64,000 nt of DNA from Mobula birostris (Eukaryota): contig NC_092383.1 of assembly GCF_030028105.1 (NCBI RefSeq), positions 87,377,921-87,441,920 of the forward strand, read 5' to 3'. The notes under the pieces are model-generated. The model ran no database searches and was not told where the DNA came from. It was given only the letters and a program-made list of their open reading frames with translations. The position numbers were made by a program, and so were the translations under genes. Shown here piece after piece: positions 35,495 to 48,865 of this stretch (its first letter is position 1; each line of letters starts with the position of its first letter).

Positions 35495-36804
35495 CAATTA
35501 TTAATATATTAATGAAAATGCTCCTTCACAAAGTTCTGTTTTCAATGAAGAATGTATCCATTCGTTCTGTTTAGAATATGACTTCACTCATGAATTCAGA
35601 GTCCTAGATTTCCCTTCAGGTGCCAGCGGATGGAAACTTTTAGGAGAGGGAATTAAATAGTCTTCAGATCATGACATCCCATCAGAGTGATTTTAATTGA
35701 AAAATGCTGACCTGAAGCATTGGCTTTGTTATTCTCCTTCTACTGCAGTTGCTGGCTGACCTGCTGAGTATTTCCATCAATTTCTGGTTTCCTTTCAGCT
35801 CGGCACATACTGTATTTTCCTGATTTATTTAGGAGTATCAATATACAGTGGGTAAACCTCATGAGCTGGATCGAGCATGTGCTTAGAAGGGAACCTGACA
35901 ACATCACATGTATAGCCCTCCACCGGACACCAGAAAGAAAGAGGAAAAGAGGAAGGCCCAAGAATACCTGGCATCGAATTGTAGAGGGAGATCTGAAGAC
36001 CCTGGTACCATCCAGAAGTTAGCCAGAACAAACAGAAGTGGAGGACCCTTGTTGCTGCTCTACATGCCAGGTAGGCATAATGGGCACCAAAGAAAGAAAA
36101 GTCAATATACAGTGAATACCGCAATGTTAATCACATTGAGCACAATTACTGTCACTGTACAAAGGTCTTGAGGACAGTGATCAATGGAGAGTAATGCCGG
36201 GTACTGAATACTGTCAAATGGATGACTACTCACCATATGTGCTGAGCACCATCTTATCATCATGAGCACTCTCTTCCATCAGAAAAAACAAATTCATGGA
36301 TCTTTGGCAGCATGCCTGATCAACACATTGGTATCTCATTGACTATGTCATTGTCTGAGCTAGGGACTACCATGATGTGTTTATCACAGGGGCCATGATT
36401 GGCAAAGATGACTGCTGCATAGTTTGTTGGCTGACCCACTCCACCATGTCACAGAGTCATAGAAAAGTCCAGTACATTAACAGGCCCTTGGGCCCATCTC
36501 GTCCATACCGAGGCATTTAAATTGCCTACTCTCATCTCCCTGCACCAGCACATTAGCCATCCATACTCCTATCATGTACCCATCCAAACTTCTCTTAAAT
36601 GTTGAAATCGAGCCTGTATGCACCACTTGTGCTAGCAGCTCTTTCCACGCTCTCACAACCCTCTGAGTGAACAGGTTTCTCCTCAATTTCCCATTAAACT
36701 CTTAAACTTTTCTCCTTTCACCCTTAACCCATAACCTTTTGTTGTAGTCCTACCCAACATAAGTGGAAAATTCCCTATTTTCACCTACCAAAATTTGTAA
36801 GTAT

Positions 36805-37245
36805 ATTATATTGGAAAACATTTTAACTCTGTTTTCTAAATGTTTATTTTAAGTGTGCTTTTATTGCACATCGAGTGTTTATTCTGATGTTGACCATGCC
36901 TTTACTATGCATTAAGTGTCTGTTACTGAGTGCGTGGGATTACTATGGTATTTGGGATGTAACCATTAAATGAAACCTGTGTACTTTTAACCCCTCAAGA
37001 AAAATGAATGTAGCCAAGTCAGAGAGATAAGAGTAATTGATTTATTAGTTAGAGTAAAAAACTTACAGCGGTATGCTAACCCAGAAGGGCTATAAAGAAT
37101 GCTGTGTGAAAAAATAGGCAGGCATTCAGTGGTGGGCATTCAAAGGCTAGCCCACTGTCTGTCTCAGCTTTACTTTGTAAATTAAAGTTTAAGCATTTCT
37201 TGAAGAATCTTCGGTGCTTCTTTCTCATTTGTAAAAACCACGACA
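36805..37245 (+). repeat. 5' LTR of the ERV
   Basis: Aligns with 43822-44274. Contains CTATAAA and ATTAAA and ends ..ACGACA. The start is uncertain by a few nt. Confidence 0.85.
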
Positions 37246-37249
37246 AAAC

Positions 37250-37268
37250 TGGCGTAGTCGGCAGGATT
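37250..37268 (+). promoter_or_regulatory. Primer-binding site complementary to tRNA-Ser
   Basis: TGGCGTAGTCGGCAGGATT is the reverse complement of the 3' end (..AATCCTGCCGACTACG-CCA) of vertebrate tRNA-Ser(AGA/UGA), recalled from the known tRNA sequence. Confidence 0.85.
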
Positions 37269-37921
37269 GGGAAGAGACCTGTGGAAGAAGGGAAGCGGCA
37301 GATTGAGGGTGCTTCCAGGTCCCTGGGGGACCTCCACAGAGCTAACAGAATTCAGGGTGCACCCAAACAAAGGTAAGCACTTTTTAGCAACAATTTGGAC
37401 TAAGAATTATGTTGGTTTTTGGGGAGATCTTGGGGACTCAGAAGTGTGAAACAACTGCCGAAGGGTCTCTCCAATTCAAAGAATCTGGCAGATTTGAGGG
37501 TTAAAAGGAGGCTCAGGGGATTAATCAAGAACACTGCAGTGGGGGGTGAATATGAATAAAGTAATAAGAAGTTAAGTAAGAAAAATTCCACGTGGTGTTG
37601 TTAAGTCCTTGTGGATACAGCTTCATACGAGACGAAGGTCTGAACGGGCAGGGAAAGAAAGAAAGAAGAGAAAATCCTCATGAATACCACCTTAAGAAAA
37701 GTAAGGGTCTGAACAGGCGAGGTGCAAAAAGAAAGTTCTGTGGATACCACCCGAGAAAGGGGTCTGCACGGGCAGAACAGAATAGAAGATAAGGATAGCT
37801 TAAGTAGATAATTTAGACGCGGGTGAGAAGAAACCATAACGCTAGATAGAAAATAGGTTACAGAAAATAGTATTACCGAGGTGTGAGACGTTAAGAATAC
37901 CTTAAAAAGGGGAAGAACAAT

Positions 37922-39618
37922 ATGACAGGGAAAGGAACAGCAGTAGAAATATTGAGTAAGATATTCCCGGTGTGTCAAGGTAAGATCGCGGAAATTTCAG
38001 AAAAATGAGAAAAAAGAACCCAAAATCTGGTCATGAAGTGGCCGAAAGGAGGAACATTTGATGTAAGTTTATGTGAGGAAATGGTGGCGCCGATTAAAAA
38101 TCACAAACCAAGAGGTAAATCCAAGAAAAGAGAGAAAAAAGAAAATAGAAGATAGAAGTGTTAAAACTCTTTAGGATGGAGGGAGAAAGATTGAGAAAGA
38201 AAGGAAGAATATCAGTAGCAAGTAAAGAAGATACTGAGAAACAAGAAAAGCAGTCTGGTAAACCACAGGAGAAACAGAATAAGGAGCCGACTCTATACCC
38301 AGACGGGAGAATTGTAGAAACCCCTTCCCCTTATTACGAGAAGGAGACTCTTAAACAGTGTCCTGTATTATCAGGAGAACTAGAACTGGAGAGAAAGTTT
38401 AAAGTCTGGGATACCGAGAAGGAAAGAAGAAAATATGAGGAGTCGGGTGAGGAGGAAAATCATAATACGGGGAGAGAAGGATAAAGTGATGCCGTTGTTA
38501 ATAAAAGGTCAGGACAAGTACAGTATGTTCTTTGGGGCTCCCAGGACCTGGAAGGGCTGAAAAACACCCTGCCTAGCTTACATGAAGGAGCAGGGAAGTG
38601 GATTAGAGCTTCTTAAGAAGAAACTACGGGATGGTTATTGGCTACGGGAGATTTGAAGGCACTGCTGATAAGGTTGATGGGAAACTCCAAATTAAAAGAG
38701 CTGATGGAAACGGCTGGACTGCTAAATGCGTTCAGCCCAATGACTGACGGGACCAGCTTTGACCAAGTGAGGCAGAGGGTATGGCAGGCCCTCTGGAAGC
38801 TTTACCCACCCAAACTGGACCCCAAAGCTTTGAAAGGGGATCCACTGGGGGACACTGGGAATCCAGCAGCCTATGTAGAAAATCAGTTAAAAAGGTGGAG
38901 ACTGGAGACTGAGCAAGAACTGGAAGGCAACTCGTTTATGACCATACTGTTCCGAACCACAGTTTTGGACACAATGCCTCCGCAAGTTAAATCTAAGCTG
39001 GAGGAAGTGGTCGGACTGATGTCAATGAACTCACAAGAATTTAGAGACCACGTAGTCCATGCGGTCGAGAAATATCGGAAAGACAAACGGAAGCTGATTG
39101 AGCAGCAGGAAGAGGTGCAAAGAAAGCTAATGCAAATGCAGCTTGAAGAACTCAAAAAGAAGGAAAAAGAGAAGGGAAAAAAGATGCTGCTAGTCGTATC
39201 CGATTTGAGTGCAACCGTTGAAATGAATGAAACACCACTGTATGGAGGAACTAGTCACACTGTCAGACAGCGGCCAGAAAACCCCAAGCCAATAATAAAC
39301 GTCTTTGGAGGAGCATTCCTACGAATGCTCTATCAGGAACAGAGTAAATTTAAACAGCTGCCCAGACAGGACTGGAAACCCCAAGGAGGGGTACAGAGAG
39401 GTTATGGACAAAGAAGGCCAGTGAGGAGACAAGGGGAGAGAGAGATAGAGAGACTGTGCTGGGGGTATAACCAGCCGGGACACATGAGAAGAGACTGTTC
39501 ACTCAGGTCATGGCCCGTCACGTACCAGCAGGGACCGATGAGAAGGGAACGGCAGGTTAGCCAAGGACCAGCCCCTACAGGCTCAGGCGGACCCGTGAAC
39601 CCTTATGCAAGATGCTAG
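37922..39618 (+). pseudogene. gag: ERV gag (interrupted)
   Basis: MTGKGTAVEILSK.. N-terminus. Capsid-like QYVLWGSQDLEGL..GAGKWIR..GDLKALL. ORF 38638-39618 with CWGYNQPGHMRRDC knuckle (one Cys to Tyr). Confidence 0.85.
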
Positions 39619-42600
39619 GGGTGCCCAGAGAACCCAGGTGGGAAGGGACATTACCCAGTGATAACAAGGGAGGTGGAAGAGGAACCCATTGTTCAGGTTA
39701 TGTTAGAAGGGCAATTGACACCCATGATGATAGACACTGGAGCCATGTATACCTGTGTACAGCCACAGTACGCCCTTCACCTTCCCACGTGAGGAAAATT
39801 TATTAAGACAGTAGGGTTCTCAGGGAAAACACAGTTAACACAATGTACAGCTCCAGTACGGTTGAGGATAGGTAATAAAAGAATACTTCTGCCAGTATTA
39901 GTGTCCAAAGGGACCCCGATTAATTTGCTAGGCAGAGATGCCCTATTAAAACTAGAATTAAAATTAGAACGCAGTAGAAATGAGTTGAGTATGAAAAGAT
40001 CAAATACTCAGTTGTTAGTGCGGGAAATCAAGAAAGCTAATGTTTTCTGGATAGGAGACATAGAAGATCAGATCTGGGAAACCTGGGGAAAATGGAAAAA
40101 GGGCGTGAAGGCCATATTGCCCAAGGCGGTAGCGCCCAAGTCTGAGTTAAATTGCACAGTAATTTTTGACGAGACTCTGAGTAAGGAGTTAGAGGACAGA
40201 TGACACGAGGGAACATGTACCCGGCAGCACCTAAGAGGAGAGGCTATAATAATTGGAAAGCAAGGGGCAGCCCTATGAGCCAGATGGAATACCTTGGAGA
40301 AATGGTATAGAATACCGGAGGCTGTGCCTCACATAACGTTGCTAGTGAATGAAGGAAACCAGTCTAGAGACCTAGGACCCTTAGTAAAACTCGCTGGAAC
40401 CGTAATGGTTTGGAGGAAAAGCATGCATGAGGTATGGGCATTGGGAGACAACAACTACATTAAAATAATGGTAGATATAGATATGACAGGAACTATAAAG
40501 GAGGTCGAAGTAATTCCTCAGCCGCATATGTCACTATTGGAAAAGGAGAAAGGTTAGGAAAAAGATAACAGGTTGGATAGGTTACCATCTATTCTGTGGT
40601 TGCAACATGACACGGACCTAGGGAGAATAAAAACAGCAAGTCCGGTAGAAATAAAACTGAAAAAGGGAGCAGTTCCACCTTGGAGACCACAATACCCTTT
40701 AAGACCAGAAGCAGAGGAGGGAATAGCGCCCACGATACAGGGGTTGCTCGAAGCAGGCGTACTTAAGAGGATAGATAGTCCGTGTAATACCCCGTTGCCG
40801 CCCGTCTTAAAAGCGGACAAATCCAAATGGAGACTGGTACATGACTTACGAGCGGTAAATGAGGTAGTGGAGGACTGGCCAGCCGCAGTCCCCAATCCGC
40901 ACACGGTCTTGACTAACGTTCCGCCGGAATCAAGCTATTTTTCAGTGACTGATTTGTGCTCAGCTTTCTTCGGCATTCCCCTGGCCGATCAGTGTCAGTA
41001 CCTATCTGCATTTACATACAGAGGTAACCAGTATACCTATACTAGAATGCCGCGAGGATTTAAGCACTCACCGCACATTTTTAATCAAGTATTAAAAGCA
41101 GACTTAGAGGGCATATCGTTGGAAAGTACATTAATACAGTATGTGGATGATTTGTTAATTTGCTCTGAAAGTGAGGAACAGTGTGAACAGGATACCGTAA
41201 CCCATTTAGAAAGACTGGCGTATGGAGGACATAAGGTATCCAAAAAGAAGTTGCAATTCTGTAAGCAACAGGTAGAATACCTAGGTAGGGTAATCTCCAA
41301 GGGAATGAAGACGATAGCGCCGAGTCAAATTGAGGCAATAACTGAAGCTCCTAAACCCCAGACGTAAAGCAGATGATGACGTTTTTAGGATTAATAGGAT
41401 ACAGTTCAGATTGGATTGGGGAATATGCTGAAATCGTAGTGCCATTAAGGAAAATTATGAAGGAAGCAGGACATACAAGTTTGAAGAGTGGCTTACAGTG
41501 GAATGAGGAGGCGGAAATAGCGTTTAATACTATTAAACAGGAATTGCAGTCAACCTCAGCGTTAGCTTTGCCTGACTGAAAAGCACTTTCGTTTGTATGT
41601 ATCCAACCGGCAGGAAGGCTATGTCACAGCGGTCCTAACACAAGAGACGGGCACAGGAAAAGCAAAACAACCTATTGCATACTATAGTGCGAAATTGGAT
41701 GAAGTGGCTCAGGGGTACCCACCCTGTTATCAGGGACTAGCAGCATTATACTATGCCTATCAAAAGGCATCATCCGTGACCATGGGCTACCCTGTGATCC
41801 TGTACACACACCACAAGGTAACAGAATTACTGGAAAGAGGTAAATTGGTGTTGACACCAGCCAGAATAGCAGCATATCAGACGTTATTGACATTTCCAGG
41901 TATAACTATACAGAGATGTACTACCAGTAATATAGCTGATTATGTCCCCTTGGGTCATGAAGGAGAACCCCATGACTGTGTAAGAGAAGCAATGGCATTT
42001 GCCAAATTAAGAGCAGATTTACGATCCGAACCACTAGAGGATGAAGATAAAAAGGTCTTGATTGTAAATGGCTCCTGTTATAGGGATTATGATGGAAATC
42101 ATGCAGGTTTCTCAGTAGTGCAGCAGGATCAGACAAGCTTTAAGAATATTAGAATGGAAGCTTGCCCCCAACCGTGTTCCACCCAATTAGCGGAAATCAA
42201 AGCCCTGACAGCAGCGTGCGAAATGATCGAAGGTGAGAAAGTAGACATTTATACTGATTCGGCATATGCGCATGGAGTGTGTCATTTGTTTGGGACAGTG
42301 TGGAAACTTAGAGGCTTTAAGAAGAGTAATGGAGATCCCATACAGCACTGTCAGCAAATTTTAGATTTAATAACAGCGATGATGAAACCCAAAGCTCTGG
42401 CTATAGTGAAGTGTCAGGCACATAAAAAAAGGAAAGGATGTAATAACCAAGGGAAACCAAGCTGCAGACGAAGCAGCCTGGAAAGCATCTGGATGTATGT
42501 CGGCCTTCATTGCACCCCAGGCAAGTTTGGAGCCGGAACCTATGGTAGAGGACCTGATTGAAATACAAGGTAAGGCAACTTTGGCAGAGTAGACAATGTG

Positions 42601-43591
42601 GAGACGAAGGGTGGCCAAGCAGAGCCCAGACGGCCTGTGGAGCACGGAGGACGGTTTATTGGTAGCACCCACCCCGTTGTTGACTATCCTGATTTCAGAA
42701 GTGCATGCGATGGATCATTGTGCAAGAGGGGAAGTGATAAGGAAAATAACAAAGGACGGTTTTTGGTCGCCTGATTTACAGGCTTCAGTAGATTACGTGC
42801 TGTTGCAGTGCGTGGTATGTGCACAGAATAATGTTCGGAAAGGAATTACAACCCCAACAGGTCATATACCCGTGCCCGAAGGGCCATTTAAACATTCAGT
42901 GATTGACTATGTAGACACGATAAGGACAGTAAGAGGGAAAAGATACATGTTATTAGTAACTGACAGATTCAGTAGATGGGTAGAAGCGGTACCCTCGAAA
43001 GATCAAGGGGCAGGAACAGTGGTAAAATTCCTGACAAACGAGGTGTTCCCAAGATTCGGAATACCTACTGAAGTCAGCTCAGACAATGGCTCAGCGTTTA
43101 TCCAAAAGGTGGTCAAATTAGTACTGCAAGCACTAAGAATAAAGCAGAGGTTTGGAGGCGTGTATCACCCTCAATCGCAGGGCATGGTGAAAAGAATTAA
43201 CGGGACCTTAAAAACCAAACTGAATAAAATTTGTGTGGGTACTAAACTCAACTGGATCGACGCGCTGCCGTTAGCATTAATGAGTTACCGCACGCAAACT
43301 AATCAAGTGACGTGTCTAACACCGCATGAAATGCTAACCAGAAGGCCCATTCCAGTGTCCCAGTGGAGAGGACCATATAAAGGGCCTAGCTTGGAACAAT
43401 TGGAAGTAGAACTAAAACAATACATGCAGCAACTAACTATGATACATAAGTCTACTTATGCACAGGAAAAACGGAAAGAGCCGGAGATCATGCAAAGGGA
43501 AGGACCAATCAAGCCCAGTGGAAAGAGAAATACTGATGATGTATTGTTGCAGCTTACACGACATGCAAGATGTACAGGAGGGAAATCATAA
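39619..43591 (+). pseudogene. pol: ERV pro-pol (PR, candidate 2H domain, RT, RNase H, IN) with stops and frameshifts
   Basis: DTG at 39733-39741, LLGRD, YVDD at 41140-41151, RNase H LAEIKAL/YTDSAY, IN HHCC and DRFSRWVEA/SDNGSAF. In-frame stops at 39790, 40201, 40276, 40555 and 41365. Confidence 0.92.
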
Positions 43592-43821
43592 TGTGGAAGT
43601 AGACTGTAAAGGCTCCTGAGTCTTTTTTCCTGTCTCAGACACGAAGGGGCAGGTTTTTGGCTCAGTGGCCGAGGAAGGTAGGGAGAGAACACTTTGAGTT
43701 CTAAGCACAAGAAATCATAGTTTGACCCAGATTTGGGAGTAAATTCTGGAGTTTATTTGAGCTTTTGTGCGTGGACTCATAGTTTCCTCTCTGTGTCTGA
43801 CCCTATAGGTCTCAAAGGGTG

Positions 43822-44274
43822 ATTATATTGGAAAACGTTGTAACACTCTGTTTCCTAAGTGCTTATTTAAGTGTGCTTTTATTGCGCCTCAAATGTTTAT
43901 TCAGGTGTTGATCATGCATTAAGTGTCTGTTATTAAGTGTGGAGGGGATTACTACGGTATTTCACGATGTAACCATTGATATATCAGCTAGAATGAAACC
44001 TGTGTACTTTTAACCTCTTGAGAAAGAAAGATGTAGTTAAGTAAAGAGATAGAGTGATTGATTTATTAGCTAGAGTAAAACTTGCAGTGATATGTTAATG
44101 TAGTTAAGCGAGAAGAGGGCTATAAAAAATGCTGTGTGAAACAGACAGGCAGGCATTCAGTGGAGGCATTCAGAGGCTAGCCCACTATCTGTCTGAGCTT
44201 TGGTTTGCAAATTAAAGTTTAAAAATTTCTTGGAGAATTTTCGGTGCCTCCTTGTCATTTGTAAAACTACGACA
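43822..44274 (+). repeat. 3' LTR of the ERV
   Basis: Homolog of 36805-37245, preceded by the purine tract AAAGGG. Confidence 0.85.
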
Positions 44275-44279
44275 ATAGC

Positions 44280-44900
44280 AGATCAACGTAGAGTGAAAGT
44301 AAAAAAAGAACTTAATCCTTATAGACGTGTTAAAGCAAGTAAAATATGAAGTTGTACAAGAGCGAGAAAGAAACCAACATAAAGATCACTACAAAATTAT
44401 GCAAGAAAATAATAACGATGCAACCCACCGAAGCATTGATAAAAATACAATTATTCCAACTGCTTCACGATCCGATGTTAACTACAACAGTTCCAGAGCT
44501 TCCACAGAATACTGATGATGAAGCTAAGTTTACAGACAAAATTATCCTAATACTTAACAACACACTAACAGAGTACATGGGCAATGACCCAATAAAAAGA
44601 CCCTGCATACAAAAACACCGTATGTCATCAACATTTGCTAAAAGCATTTATACTCTTAACATTATTACCACAACATTTAGGAAAACTTGAAACATTTGAA
44701 GAACTACACACAATAACAGACTGTGCAACATTAACAGCAGTTCAGTGCACTGGCTCCATAATAGAGGCACTCAATGAATAGAAATACAAAACTAAATAAT
44801 GAAACAAGAACAGCGAAATGGCGAAAGGGATTCAAACACAAAATAGAAATCTTAAGAGCAGAAATAGCCCAACTAATGGAGTGGTTTCCACCTAAAGGGG
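44280..44900 (+). mobile_element. Non-LTR retrotransposon N-terminal relic (R4/Dong-like, tentative)
   Basis: Lys/Asn-rich frames, with a segment resembling KWR.RI..KI..LRA.I..L (44815-44880). Confidence 0.4.
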
Positions 44901-46044
44901 AAATCACAAAATATCCATAAAAGCATCATCATGTATATTTGTTTACATGAATTGTAACATCATGTATTTCGCAACTAATCGCCACTCACTGAGGTAACCA
45001 CAAGAAACTTTGACATCCCGGTTCAGATTTTTACTGCGATGTTGTGGGTATTTCATTTTAGTAGCTCTGTAAGAGCAGACTGTTCTGCTTTCAGCTTGTT
45101 TGGGTTACTGTTCAAGCTAAGGGAACTTAGGAATGTTGTGTCATCCAGTCAGGATGGTGGATCTGGGAGAAAGTTCTAGAGGATGCTCGGGGGTGGGGGG
45201 TGAGGTTTTTTTTCAGTGAGAAATGAGAAGAAAAGAGCTCCATGAGAACTCACCATAGGATTCAAACCAGCAGGAATGCGCGATTCAAGGATCCGCGAAC
45301 ATTAGTAGGTGCCGTGAGTATATCGGACACATCGGCTTTTGGAAGATTTGTACATGGAGTGGTAGGCTTAGAGAGATGAGGAATAAATGCAGGAAATCAG
45401 TATCAATCAGGTTTAATATCACTGCCCTATGTCGTGAAAAAGTGATAGAGAGAGAAAGTGTGTGTGTATAAAACTGTATTAAATAATTAAAGCAAAAAGA
45501 GAGGAAAAAAATAGTGAGGTTGTGTGCATGTGTACATTGTCCATGTAGATATCTGATGGTGGCGGGGAAGAAGCTGTTTCTAAAATGTTGAGTGTTTGTC
45601 TTCAGGCTCCTCTTCCTCCTTCTTGATGGTAGCAATGAGGAGAGGGCATGTCCCGGGTGAAGGGGGTCTTTAAAAATGGATGCTGCCTTTTTCAGGCACC
45701 GCCTTTTGAAGATGTCCTTGATGCTGTGTTTATACAGGAGACAGCCACTTTAATGGCTCCCTTGATCTTATACTGTAGGCATTATTAAGTACAATTTAAC
45801 ATCAGCATTCATCTGTTGTCTCACCCAGTGAGTAGCAGTTCTGTGCACACAATGCCTTGTTAATGAGAGAAGTCAGAGGTGTTGGAAACCACTGCTTTTT
45901 TAAAATAGTACTTTTTATAAGATTTGTACATTTTAACAAACTCATGTATTTTTCACCATACCTGCTGGTTTGTCCCCACTCACTGGCAGAAAGCGGTATA
46001 GCAGTTAAACAGTCCGTAGGACACTCAAAGCAACTGCACAGCTT

Positions 46045-46700
46045 GACTCTGTGGTTAAGAAGGCATACGGTGTATTGGCCTTCATCAATCGTGGAATTGA
46101 ATTTAGGAGCCGAGAAGAAACGTTACAGCTATATAGGACCCTGGTCAGACCCCACTTGGAGTACTGTGCTCAGTTCTGGTCGCCTCACTACAGGAAGGAT
46201 GTGGAAACTATAGAAAGGGTGCAGAGGAGATTTACAAGGATGTTGCCTGGATTGGGGAGCATGCCTTTTGAAAACAGATTGTGTGAACTCCGCCTTTTCT
46301 CCTTGGAGCGATGGAGGATGAGAGATGACCTGATAGAGGTGTATAAGATGATGAGAGGCATTGATCATGTGGATAGTCAGAGGCTTTTTCCCAGGGCTGA
46401 AGTGGCTGTCACAAGAGTGCACAGGTTTAAGGTGCTTTGGAGTAGGTACAGAGGAGATTTCAGGGATAAGTTTTTTATGCAGAGAGGGGTGAGTGCGTGG
46501 AATGGGCTGCCAGCAACAGTGGTGGAGGCGGATATGATAGAGTCTTTTAAGAGACTTCTGGTTAGGTACATGGAGCTTAGAACAATAGAGGGCTATGGGT
46601 AACTTTAGTAATTTCTAAGCTAGGAACATGTTCAGCACAACTTTGTGTGCCGAAGGGCCTGTATTATACTATAGGTTGACTATGTTTCTATGTTTCTAGG
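46045..46700 (+). mobile_element. CR1 LINE 3' end
   Basis: ORF 46051-46602 KAYGVLAFINRGIEFRS..VRPHLEYC.QFWSP..WNGLP, with a (tatgtttc)n tail at about 46680-46697. Confidence 0.92.
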
Positions 46701-48865
46701 TCTGATTGTTTTTACAACGCTTCGCAGGCCCTGCCTTTTACTGTGCAGTTCTGCCCTGGCTTAACTTCTGAAAATTAACCCCTCACTATTGTCCAGGTTA
46801 AATTCCCCATCCTTTTCCCCGCCTACCTTTCCTGTTAAAAAATACTGTTGTATAATTAGATAAGTTTCTTCATAATTTTCATTTCACCTACTAAATTACT
46901 AACCTGCCTGTTACATTCTTATCCAAATTGTTAATATAGATAATAAGCAACAGTGGACCCAGCAGCGATCATGACGGCACACCACTGCTCACAGGCCTCC
47001 AGAATGAAGAACAACCCCCCGGCACAACTTTCTGATTCCTACCGTTAATCCAGTTTTGCATGTGGATGGCTATCTCACACGGGACTCTCTGTGAAAATGT
47101 TGTACAACACAGGGACATGGTAGTACAAATGAATAATCCCCTGAAAGTGGAGACACAGAGACTGGGTGGTGAAGAAGACATTTGGCTTGCTTACATTCAT
47201 TCTTCAAGGCAATGACGTCAGGAGTTATGATGTCATTTTACAGTTTACAAGAGATTGGTGGGACAGCACTTGGAATACCGTGTGTAGTTCTGGGACCTGG
47301 TGTGTGTAGGATGCAATTAAGCTGGAAAAGATACAGAAAAGATTCACAAAGACCTTAAAGGTACTGGAGAGCTTTGATGTGTAAAGAGAGACCAGATTGG
47401 CCAGGGGCTTTTTCCTCGCGTTTACAAGGCTGAGGGGTGACCTTATGGACATTCTCAGTGGGTAAAATCCTCATCAGATCTGTTTCTAAACTAAATCTCA
47501 ATTCCATTTTGACAGGAAATGGTCTGTGTAAGTAGACAACCCTGTAGCTTCTATTTCTCATAGAATCATAGAGCACAGTAAATGGACAGGTCACACTTGT
47601 CCAAAGAGAAGACATTTCTGTCTTATCTATCTCACCCCATGGTCACCCTGACTCTTGACCCTGCACACCTTAGCTGAGATTCTCAGTTGCTAACTTCCCA
47701 ATATCCCCATTCACCTGGTTAGATCTTTCAATGTTAGTCGAAGTGTGATCTATCCAGATTCATGCTGTGTGATTCACTGGGGCAGATGAAGTCTGAGGAG
47801 AGCTTCAGTACAAGTGATAACAATTCTCATGTGTCACACATATTGGACAAGTGATAGGGAAACAGAATCGGAATCAGGTTTAATATCACCAGCATACTGT
47901 TTGTCATGAAATTAGCTGTAGTGTTCCTGAATAGGAAAAGTCGATGATTCCCATTCAAGCTGTACACAAAGCCTGTCTTATCAGCACTATCTGGAAGATT
48001 AACTAAATAATGTTAATTGTTCAACCTTGATTTCATTGTAAACACAAGAAAATCTGCACATGCTGGACATCCAAATGAACACATACAGTAGAAAATGCTG
48101 GAGGAACTCAGCAGGTCAGGCAGCATCTATGGAAATGAATAGATAGTCAACATTTCTAGCCAAGAGCCTTCTTTGAGACTGAGAAAGAAAAAAATCTGGT
48201 AGTGAAAGAGGTTATCTCAAAGGTGATAGGTGAAACCAGCTGGGTGGGAAAGGTCAAGGGCTGCAAAGAAAGGAAACTGATAGGTGAGGAGAGTGGACTA
48301 CAGGAGAACTGGAAGGAGGAGGGGACCCAGGGGGAAGTAACAGGCAGGTGAGAAGAGGTAAAACAAGTACCTTGGCCTGAACAGAAAATACTCTGCAGAT
48401 GCTGTGGCCAAAGCAACACGGCCTGCTGAGTTCCTCCAGTGTGTTGTGAGTGTTATCTTGGTCTGAAAACTTGCGGATCCACTCATTTCCACAGGTTCCG
48501 CCTGACCTGCTGGCTTCCTCCAGTACTTTGTAGGTGTTGCTTTGGTTTCATTGTAGTACAAGCATTGAGGTGATCCAAGAATGTAGCTGATTAATGGATG
48601 AAGGAGGTCCTGAGCATGTCTGGATGATGGGGCTCCTTGATGGTGGATCCTGCTTTCTTGTGTCAACACTCCTTTATAGATGTGCTCATTGGAAGGGAGG
48701 GCTTTACCTATCAACTGATCAGACTTAATCAATTTCCATATAGACTGTCTCTCAGTAATGAATCAATCTGATTTTACAGATGCCTAAATGTCAATGTTGC
48801 CCTTAGATCAGACAACATACAAATATTACTCAATATGTTATCAATATCTTCATGCTATTGTCATA

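Larger units (their letters stand above)
36805..44274 (+). mobile_element. Env-less class I (epsilon/gamma-like) endogenous retrovirus, LTR-gag-pro-pol-LTR
   Basis: Two homologous LTRs (about 36805-37245 and 43822-44274), a PBS, gag with CCHC-like knuckle, DTG protease, YVDD RT, RNase H and integrase. Only about 230 nt separate IN from the 3' LTR. Confidence 0.93.

Noticed and set aside
38883-43710. Antisense ORFs within the ERV as accessory genes
   Set aside because: They are short shadows of gag/pol codon structure with no independent motifs.
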